Source: an uncultured bacterium (GTDB taxonomy: Bacteria > Krumholzibacteriota > Krumholzibacteriia > LZORAL124-64-63). From it: a stretch of 64,000 nucleotides of DNA. Made by a program: the position numbers and the translations under genes. Positions 30,444 through 37,700 of the stretch are shown in pieces. Positions within the stretch are counted from its first letter, which is position 1; each line of letters starts with the position of its first letter. The notes beneath the pieces were generated by a model. It made no database searches. It saw nothing but the letters and a program-made list of their open reading frames with translations, and was not told where the DNA came from. Location: NCBI GenBank assembly GCA_963727525.1, contig CAVSGO010000007.1:992001-1056000 (forward strand). Direction: 5' to 3'.

Positions 30444-31910
30444 TTACCTGGCGGCGGTGGGCTCGGGGGCGATCGCCGAGGGGATCGCCGCGGGCAGGCG
30501 GAGCGTGACCAGGGTCAGGTCGTTCGGGCGGCTGGTGACCGCGATGTTCCCGCCGTGGGCGTCCACCAGCTTCTTGACGATCACCAGGCCGAGCCCCGTC
30601 CCCTTGATCTCTCGCTGGGTGCGGCCACGTCGGTACGGCCGGAAGAGCTCCGCCAGTTCCGCCGGCGTCAATCCGATGCCGCCATCGGCGACCTCGATCA
30701 CGACCCAATCATCGTCCCGGCGCGCGCGGACGCGGACCCAGCCGCCGTCCACATTGTACTTGATGGCGTTGCTCACCAGGTTCTGCAGGATCTGCGTCAG
30801 GCGCAGCGGGTCGCAGGCGAGTTGCAGGTGGTGCGGTTCCACGGTCACCGAGACCGCGACCTTCTTCTCCTGCGTCACCAGCTCGAGATCGTCGAGCGCA
30901 TCGGCCAGGAGGGGCTCGAGGTCGATCACCTCGCGGTTCAGATTCACGAACCCGGCCTCGATCCGGCTGACCTCCAGGAAGTCGTTCAACAGGCGAGTCA
31001 GCTCATCCACCTTCTGCAGCACGTGACCGAGGAACTCGCCCTGCAGGTCGGTGACCGGCCCGGCCTTGCCGCTCGCGATGAGGGCCGCATAGCCCTGGAT
31101 CACCGCCAGCGGGGAACGCAGATCGTGGGCCACCATCGAGTGGAAGTCGGCTTTCATCCGCTCGTGGGTTACCTGCTGCGTGACGTCACGAAACACGAAT
31201 GCCGTGGCGTCCTCGTGGCCGCCAATGCGGATGGCCGCCACCCGGCAGGTGAGGGTGAGCTCGGCCTCGCCACGCCGGGCGCCGAACGTCACGGTCTTGC
31301 CGTCAGCGACGCGCAGGCGTACGCGCACGTCGGCCGGCACCGCCAGGTGGTCGAGGATGGCGTCCAGCGGCTGTCGCGGCGGCAGGTCGGACGGGAGCTG
31401 AGCGAGCGTGAGAAAAGCGTGGCTGACCAGCAGGATCCGCTCGTCCTGGTCGCAGATCACCACCGGTTCGTGGAGGTTGCGTAGAATGGTCGCGAGCCGA
31501 TCGGTCTCCTGTTGACGCTCGTCCTGAAGGTCCTTGATGCGCAGGAACGCACGGATGCGCGACTCGAGTTCGCGCGCGGCGATACGCTTGGGTAGGTAGT
31601 CGTCGGCGCCCATGTCCAGGCCGCGCACACGCGAGTCGAGCTCGTCATCGGCACTGATCATGAGGATCGGCAGGAGCTGCGTCTCGGGATCGCGCCTCAG
31701 CGCGCGGCACACCTCGAGCCCGTGCAAGCCGGGTAGCTCCTTGTCGAGCAGGATGAGATCCGGCCGGTGAGCCATGGCCTCGCGCAGCCCGGTGAGACCA
31801 TCGGTTGCCACGCTCACCTGATGCCCCTGCGCCTCGAGACGACGACGCCACACGAGCGCGGTGACTGCATCATCCTCGATGAGCAGGATTCTGGCCGGCG
31901 ATGAGGTCAT
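30444..31910 (-). CDS. REC-PAS-HisKA-HATPase hybrid kinase
   Basis: ILLIEDD..DLILLD..GADDYLPK; VAHDLRSPL, NLVSNAIKY, DGGIG, GTGLGL. Confidence 0.92.
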   Translation of the reverse strand: MTSSPARILLIEDDAVTALVWRRRLEAQGHQVSVATDGLTGLREAMAHRPDLILLDKELPGLHGLEVCRALRRDPETQLLPILMISADDELDSRVRGLDMGADDYLPKRIAARELESRIRAFLRIKDLQDERQQETDRLATILRNLHEPVVICDQDERILLVSHAFLTLAQLPSDLPPRQPLDAILDHLAVPADVRVRLRVADGKTVTFGARRGEAELTLTCRVAAIRIGGHEDATAFVFRDVTQQVTHERMKADFHSMVAHDLRSPLAVIQGYAALIASGKAGPVTDLQGEFLGHVLQKVDELTRLLNDFLEVSRIEAGFVNLNREVIDLEPLLADALDDLELVTQEKKVAVSVTVEPHHLQLACDPLRLTQILQNLVSNAIKYNVDGGWVRVRARRDDDWVVIEVADGGIGLTPAELAELFRPYRRGRTQREIKGTGLGLVIVKKLVDAHGGNIAVTSRPNDLTLVTLRLPAAIPSAIAPEPTAAR

Positions 31911-31981
31911 GCGATCTCCCGTACCTGGACGGGGGCCCGGAGACGTGACAGACGGCCCCGCAGGTGACTCGCGTCAGATAG

Positions 31982-32009
31982 CTATCGGCAGATCACGGCA
32001 GGGACATGA
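31982..32009 (-). promoter_or_regulatory. Sigma28-like promoter for the hybrid kinase
   Basis: TCAT-N16-GCCGATAG; a GG-N10-GC element also lies at 32019-32033. Confidence 0.5.
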
Positions 32010-32064
32010 GGAAATTCCGCAAGCAGATCGCCGGCACGGGACGTCGCGGAGCAGAGAAGCCTGC

Positions 32065-32454
32065 CTAGGTCGCTGTCATGAGGAGGTTGATGTGCTCCTC
32101 GAGGATCCGCGCCGCCTCCGGCTCCATCGCCGTGAAAAATACGGCGATCTCGTAGGAATCCTGGCCGGGCGTGGGCTGCTCGGGCTCGCTGCGTACGACG
32201 AGGCCCTCGCACTGCACCAGGGCGAGGTCGGGTGGCGCACCCGCGGGCCCCGCAACGGTGAGCTCGAGACCGAGCGCGAGCTTCGTCATCGGGGCGATGA
32301 AGTGGTCGGTGAGGAAATATGCGCCGGACGTGGAGATGTTGATGGTCTGCAGGTTGGCAGCCAACGTGCTGTCAGATCCGACAGGGACGCTCACCTTCAG
32401 CTTGAGATTCGCGTCCACGCGCTGGGCGCGGCGTCGTTCGGAGAACGCGGCCAT
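32065..32454 (-). CDS. PilZ-domain protein (c-di-GMP receptor)
   Basis: RxxxR (ERRRAQR) and NxSxxG (NISTSG). Confidence 0.88.
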   Translation of the reverse strand: MAAFSERRRAQRVDANLKLKVSVPVGSDSTLAANLQTINISTSGAYFLTDHFIAPMTKLALGLELTVAGPAGAPPDLALVQCEGLVVRSEPEQPTPGQDSYEIAVFFTAMEPEAARILEEHINLLMTAT

Positions 32455-32534
32455 GAGACCCTCCTGGTTGGCGCTTCCGACGATCTCCCTATCAAGAGCC
32501 GTGCCGGCGCCCGAAGGCGCCGGCCCCGCACCGC

Positions 32535-32624
32535 TTACTTCTTCTTGTGACGGTTCTTGCGCAGACGCTTCTTGCGCTTGTGCGTCGCGATCTTCTTGCG
32601 CTTGCGCTTGCGGCCGTTGGGCAT
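32535..32624 (-). CDS. 29-aa basic peptide, AURKAIP1/COX24 (bS22/mS38) family
   Basis: MPNGRKRKRKKIATHKRKKRLRKNRHKKK; RBS GAGGTG. Confidence 0.85.
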   Translation of the reverse strand: MPNGRKRKRKKIATHKRKKRLRKNRHKKK

Positions 32625-32741
32625 CGTCCCACCTCTTCGATCTGTGTCAAACGGGGCTATCGCGGCGGATGCCCCTCTCCAAAAGCGACGGCCCAAGATA
32701 GTTTGCCGCGCCGCGGCACACAACCCCGGGCTATCGGTTTC

Positions 32742-33023
32742 TCAATCCTTGTCGTTCAGTCGGGCCTTCAACTCGTTGGAAGCCTTGAAGTACGGGACTC
32801 GCTTGGCAGGCACCCCCACCGCGTCGCCGGTCCGCGGATTGCGCGCGAGGCGCGAGCGCCGGTTCTTGACCTTGAAACTCCCGAAACCGCGCAGTTCGAC
32901 CTTGTCGTCCGCGACCAGGGCTCGCCCTATGTTCTCGAGGATCAAGTTGACGATGATGCCCGTGTCCTTCTTGCTGACACCCGTCTCGTTCGCGATCAAC
33001 TCGACCAGCTCCGCCTTGGTCAT
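32742..33023 (-). CDS. IHF/HU family DNA-binding protein (IHF-beta-like)
   Basis: MTKAEL, VELRGFGSF, ARNPRTG, PYFK. Confidence 0.95.
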   Translation of the reverse strand: MTKAELVELIANETGVSKKDTGIIVNLILENIGRALVADDKVELRGFGSFKVKNRRSRLARNPRTGDAVGVPAKRVPYFKASNELKARLNDKD

Positions 33024-33084
33024 GATCCACGTTCCTCCTGCATTACCAGTTTCGAGATCGACGTGTCCGCGGTATGAGGGGCAG

Positions 33085-33113
33085 ACGTTAGCATGCGAGA
33101 TATTGGGTGTCAA
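33085..33113 (-). promoter_or_regulatory. Sigma70 promoter for the ihf-bS22 unit
   Basis: TTGACA-N17-TAACGT with TG extension. Confidence 0.7.
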
Positions 33114-33450
33114 CTAACGGAATCACAGGAAGTTGCGAAAAAAAGAATGTTTCCCGTGGCTTGCCGCGTGACCAACCGGAAGGGGCCTGCAAGATGTGAC
33201 GTGCGGGCGTTCCAGCGGCCAAACACGGGCAGCACAGGAAACATTGGCCTCATACCAACAAGAGTCGGGCCAGCGTGAATCAGGCACGCACGCTTTCTGC
33301 GCAGACATCACTCAAGTTATTTTATGGCAAAAAGTTGAGAAAGAAGCCGGTCGACGGGCCCCCGACCGTGATGCGGAGCGACCCGGCCGTCGGTGCCGCA
33401 ATCGGCAACGTTGAACCGCCACCGGCCGTGCAACACGCCGACACGCGACC

Positions 33451-34854
33451 TCAGGCCCCGGCGAGATACCGGAACAGAGCGCCGTGTGCGTCCGTGAGCT
33501 GGCAGCCGCGCCGCCCCAGCACCACCTCTGCCGTATCCAGGGCCCGCCCCACATCGTAGGGCGTACCGCGACCGTCGCCCCAGGTGAACATGGGCAGCGT
33601 CTTGGGTGGAAATCCAGTGGCGAACACATTGCTCGCGAAACCCACGCAGGTGGCCGTGTTCAGGAGGGTGCCAATGGCGGTCTTCACGTGTTCGCCGGCG
33701 AGCAATCCGAGGAACTGCAAGCCGGTATCCTGAGGGCCGGAGCCATCGTCGACCCGGATCGGACCGTAGTTGTTCTTCAGGTCGCTGCAGGTCGTCATGG
33801 CGCCCAGATTCACCCAGCTACCGAGATAGGCGTGACCGATGAAACCGTCGTGCTGCTTGTTGACGAAGTCGAGAAAGGTGCTCTCGCCGATCTCGCCCGC
33901 AACCCTGTTCACGGCGCCAAGCGAGGTCTCGCCATAGATGCGGGCACCCGCCTTCACCACCGATCCCGGCCCGATGTAGAGCGGCCCCTCCAGGTAACAC
34001 TGCGGCATCACCCGTACGCGGCGATCGATGACCACGGGGCCGGCACTGGCATCGATGACCACGCCCGGCGCCACGACCACGTCGTCTCCCATGTACACAT
34101 GCCCATCCGCGAGTACCGTGACGCCATCCAGACCCACCGAACCGCGCACCAGCGCCGTCCCTTGCGTCCATGGCGCGGGCCCGCCGCCATCCGGTAGCAC
34201 ACCCCACGGTTGGCGCGGGGGCAGTCCGCGCTCGCCGAGCCGGGCCGCGTCGGCTGCGATGGCCGGCCCCGTGGCGCCCACGAGGTCCCAGAGCCGTTGC
34301 CATGCCGCGGGAAGCACCTGCGCCACGGGCAGGCGGGGCGTGGCCACCGGCACCTCGGGTGCGAAGATGGGCGGCGCGGTCCGGGGATCGCGCCAGCACG
34401 CGCCGTGCACGGACACGTCGTCCCACGCTCGCCACGCCTCCAGGAAGGCCGCGACGTGCTCGCCGCCCAGGCAGACCGCCAGGAGACCGTCGTCGTCGCG
34501 CCAGCTCCAGTCCTGAGGATCCTGGGCCGCCGCCAGGAGCGCATCGATCACACGCCAGTCGGCGCCCACGCGGGCCCCGATCGCGAGCAACCGCCGCCCG
34601 GCCGATTCCGCGATCGCCTCGGCCAGCGCGTCCGCGCCCACCAGCGCGCCGCCCGTAGGCGCCAGACCTCCCAGGGCAGCCAGATCGCCCAGGTGGCTGC
34701 GTGGCAGCAGTACCGGTGGCTTGCCCGTGAGGCGCGCGAGACGCTCGCGCAGGTTCAGGATGCCGCAGCGCAGCTCGTAGACCGGAACGCTCGCGCTGAG
34801 CGGGCGGAAATGGGAGGCAGTGTGGTCCTCGAACACGGCGAGAATGGGATTCAC
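33451..34854 (-). CDS. GlmU-related putative sugar nucleotidyl/acyltransferase (left-handed beta-helix)
   Basis: FRPL..PVYELRCGIL; hexapeptide repeats; NKQHDGFIGHAYLGSWVNLGA..SDLKNNY. Confidence 0.8.
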   Translation of the reverse strand: MNPILAVFEDHTASHFRPLSASVPVYELRCGILNLRERLARLTGKPPVLLPRSHLGDLAALGGLAPTGGALVGADALAEAIAESAGRRLLAIGARVGADWRVIDALLAAAQDPQDWSWRDDDGLLAVCLGGEHVAAFLEAWRAWDDVSVHGACWRDPRTAPPIFAPEVPVATPRLPVAQVLPAAWQRLWDLVGATGPAIAADAARLGERGLPPRQPWGVLPDGGGPAPWTQGTALVRGSVGLDGVTVLADGHVYMGDDVVVAPGVVIDASAGPVVIDRRVRVMPQCYLEGPLYIGPGSVVKAGARIYGETSLGAVNRVAGEIGESTFLDFVNKQHDGFIGHAYLGSWVNLGAMTTCSDLKNNYGPIRVDDGSGPQDTGLQFLGLLAGEHVKTAIGTLLNTATCVGFASNVFATGFPPKTLPMFTWGDGRGTPYDVGRALDTAEVVLGRRGCQLTDAHGALFRYLAGA

Positions 34855-34958
34855 GGCGGCGACCTCCCTGAAACAGTTCCAGCCCCCAGTCCTCCGGTTG
34901 CTGGGATCTTAGCCCGGCGCCTCGAACCCGCCAAGCATCACCTGAGGTGCCACCGCCG

Positions 34959-35189
34959 TCACGCGAGGACGTCGAGGAGAGTCCCCAGCATCTCGTCGGC
35001 CGACCGCACGACGGCGAAGCTCGCCTCCATGCCGCGCCGCGCGACCTGTAGCCCCGCGAATGCCCCCGGCAGGTCGTCCAGAGGTTCGCCGGAAGTCCCG
35101 GCGCGGGCGATGGTTTCCGCCTGCGCCTCGAAACGGCGCTTGTTGTGCTCGATGCCCTGGAGGGCCGCACCCAGGCCGGACACTGTCAT
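34959..35189 (-). CDS. 76-aa protein resembling the flagellar rod/hook C-terminal (Flg_bbr_C-like) helix
   Basis: ARRGMEASFAVVRSADEMLGTLLDVLA; RBS AGGAGG. Confidence 0.7.
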   Translation of the reverse strand: MTVSGLGAALQGIEHNKRRFEAQAETIARAGTSGEPLDDLPGAFAGLQVARRGMEASFAVVRSADEMLGTLLDVLA

Positions 35190-35209
35190 GGCGCACCTCC
35201 TCGCCCCTG

Positions 35210-35236
35210 GTTTCGGCCGGTATCCGGCGGACTTGA
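35210..35236 (-). promoter_or_regulatory. Sigma28 promoter for the 76-aa gene
   Basis: TCAA-N15-GCCGAAAC. Confidence 0.65.
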
Positions 35237-35331
35237 GCAAAAACAGCGATTCCGAGCCCGCGATCGCGACTTCTCTCGCAGCACTGGCCATGGTATCTTC
35301 GCACCGGGTCAGCCAGTGGGAGGTGTTCGGG

Positions 35332-35658
35332 ATGACTGGCGATTTCTTCGAGACTTTCTGCGACCGGTGCATCCACCGTCGTTTCGAAGCGAGCCGCGGG
35401 GTCGTATGCGGCCTCACCGATCAGCGGCCCGATACGACCAGGCCCTGCGCGGAGCTGGTCATCGACCCCGAGCGCGCCGAGGATGTCGCCCTGCTCCAGC
35501 GCAACCGCGAACGGTTCGAGACCGTGATCGCCATCGAGGAGTCGATGACCAACGGCCGCTCGAGCGGCATCGGTTCCGGACCTCGGATCTGGATCTACAC
35601 GACGATGGGGATCGTGATCGCCAGCCTCGCCTACCTCGTGGATCGATGCGGCCGCTGA
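35332..35658 (+). CDS. Hypothetical protein with four Cys and a C-terminal TM helix
   Basis: FCDRC..VVCGLT..PC; TM IWIYTTMGIVIASLAYLV; RBS GGAGG. Confidence 0.6.
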   Translation: MTGDFFETFCDRCIHRRFEASRGVVCGLTDQRPDTTRPCAELVIDPERAEDVALLQRNRERFETVIAIEESMTNGRSSGIGSGPRIWIYTTMGIVIASLAYLVDRCGR

Positions 35659-35782
35659 ACGGAGCGCACCCCGCGAGCACAGGGTCGATTCCGTCGCGGC
35701 GACGTGGTATCATTGATGGCGTGAACGCACGCCCCGGTTCCCCTGGGACCGGGCTCCACCCATGTCTCCCGAGGAGCCCACG

Positions 35783-37606
35783 ATGCCCCGCCGCGCTTTG
35801 TTCCTGTTCGCATTGCTGGCCACCCTTGGTCTTGCCGGCTCCTCTCTACCGAGCCGCGCCCTCGCCGCTGACCCGCCTACGCCCTCCCAGGCGCCGGAGC
35901 TGGCGGATCAGGCTCGGGAATGGGACGTCGACGGTCTCGAACCGTTGCTGCCGCACGCCACCACTCAGGCTGAACTCGACTTCTGGCAAGGTCGCGAGGA
36001 CGAGAAGCCCGGCCGCCTGCTGCCCGACGACCCGCCGCCCGTGGCGCCGGTGCGCAACTGCGCAGAATGGGAACCGTGCACGGGGGTGCTGATCCGCTAC
36101 CCGCTAGGGCTGCCGTATAACCTGCTGCAGGATCTCGACGATGATGTCACGCTGCACGTCGTCGTGTCGTCGTCGTACCTCGCGACAGCCCAGTCGTCGC
36201 TGCTCAACAACGGCGTGGACATGAGCCGCGTGGAATTCCTGGTACGCGCGAACGACTCCATCTGGACCCGCGACTATGGCCCCTGGTTCATCTTCGACGG
36301 CAACGGGGACATCGGCATCGTCAACCACACGTACAACCGGCCGTCCCGCCCCAACGACAATCTCATCCCCCTGTACTTCGGCCAGGAGCAAGGTATTCCT
36401 GTCTACAGCCACAGCATGTACCACACCGGCGGCAACTACATGACCGACGGTGCGCACATCAGCTGTTCCACGCGCCTGGTGTACAACGAGGCCGCCACCT
36501 ACAACGGCATGACGCAAGCTCAGGTCGATCAGCTCATGCTCGATTACTACGGCGTGCAGAACTACGACGTGCTCGACTACATCGAGAGCGGCGGTATCCA
36601 CCACATCGACACCTGGGCCAAGTTCCTCGACGAGGAGACGGTGATGGTGAAGCAGGTGTGGCCCTCGCACGGCACCTACGCGCCTCTGGAGCAGCGCGCC
36701 ACGTTGCTGGCGTCGCTGCAGGCATCGACCGGACGCCATTACCAGGTGCACCGCGTCTACTGCTACAGCACGTCGAGCGGCCCGGCGAGCTACACGAACA
36801 GCCTGGTCCTCAATGACAACATCTACGTGCCTTTCTTCGGCAACAGCACGTACGACCAGCAGGCCCTGGACGCCTATCGCGAGGCCGAGCCCGGCTACAC
36901 GGTGCGCGGCTACTACTACAGCGGGTTCCTCAGCGACGACGCGCTTCACTGTCGGGCCAAGGGCGTCATGGACGGCGGCATGCTACGCGTGGCCCACGTG
37001 CCGATCATCACGGACCAGCCGGCCGGACCCGTGCCCTTGACCGTGGACGTGCGGGCCCATAGCGGCATGGACGTGACGCTCGTGCGCGCCTATTACCGCC
37101 TGGGCGGCGGCGACTGGCAATCCGTGGATCTCGTGCCGACCGGCACGCCCGACCAGTATACGGGAGCGCTTCCGACGGCGGGCGCCAGCGGCGACACCTG
37201 CGACTACTTCATCCATGCCGAGGACGCCTCCGGACGGCACGAGGGCATGCCGCGCGTCGAACCCGCGCGCTGGTACAGCTTCTGGCACGCCGGCACGCCC
37301 ACGGCGGTCGCTGGTGGCACCGCTCCTGCGGCGGCTGTCCTGCACCCCAATTACCCCAACCCGTTCAATCCCAGCACTGTCTTCAGCTTCGATCTGAAGT
37401 ACGCCGACACGGTGTCGCTGGATGTCATCGACGCCCGCGGCCACCGCGTGCGCACGTTGATCACCGGCCCCTGTCCGGCCGGCCACACCGAGATCGCCTG
37501 GTATGGCGACGACGATCAGGGTCGGGCAGTCGCCTCTGGGACCTATTACTACCGGCTGCGTGCAGCCGGTCTGCAGTACTCGCGAGCGGCGACGCTGATC
37601 AAGTAG
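35783..37606 (+). CDS. Secreted PPAD-like peptidylarginine/agmatine deiminase with Ig-like and FlgD-Ig/T9SS-type C-terminal domain
   Basis: Signal peptide; WTRDY, GGNYMTDG, HHIDTW, YTNSLVLN, DALHC; NYPNPFNP..WYGDD..SGTYYYRL. Confidence 0.9.
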   Translation: MPRRALFLFALLATLGLAGSSLPSRALAADPPTPSQAPELADQAREWDVDGLEPLLPHATTQAELDFWQGREDEKPGRLLPDDPPPVAPVRNCAEWEPCTGVLIRYPLGLPYNLLQDLDDDVTLHVVVSSSYLATAQSSLLNNGVDMSRVEFLVRANDSIWTRDYGPWFIFDGNGDIGIVNHTYNRPSRPNDNLIPLYFGQEQGIPVYSHSMYHTGGNYMTDGAHISCSTRLVYNEAATYNGMTQAQVDQLMLDYYGVQNYDVLDYIESGGIHHIDTWAKFLDEETVMVKQVWPSHGTYAPLEQRATLLASLQASTGRHYQVHRVYCYSTSSGPASYTNSLVLNDNIYVPFFGNSTYDQQALDAYREAEPGYTVRGYYYSGFLSDDALHCRAKGVMDGGMLRVAHVPIITDQPAGPVPLTVDVRAHSGMDVTLVRAYYRLGGGDWQSVDLVPTGTPDQYTGALPTAGASGDTCDYFIHAEDASGRHEGMPRVEPARWYSFWHAGTPTAVAGGTAPAAAVLHPNYPNPFNPSTVFSFDLKYADTVSLDVIDARGHRVRTLITGPCPAGHTEIAWYGDDDQGRAVASGTYYYRLRAAGLQYSRAATLIK

Positions 37607-37645
37607 ACGCGCCCCGACGAGACATGCCCCATGGCTACGGACACG

Positions 37646-37681
37646 CGAGCCCCGGTCACTGCGACTGGGGCTCGGCGTTTC
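37646..37681. terminator. Hairpin between convergent genes
   Basis: CGAGCCCCGGTC-actgc-GACTGGGGCTCG followed by GCGTTT. Confidence 0.5.
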
Positions 37682-37700
37682 GAGGCGGGAGCAACCGGCG

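Noticed and set aside
32491-32506. Sigma54-like CGGCAC-N5-TTGAT before pilZ
   Set aside because: The -12 is GA rather than GC and the element overlaps a hairpin; cannot be supported.
33114-33450. ncRNA or riboswitch in the long intergenic region upstream of the IHF/HU gene
   Set aside because: Only AT-rich patches that could be IHF-type sites; no recognisable RNA family motif or convincing ORF.
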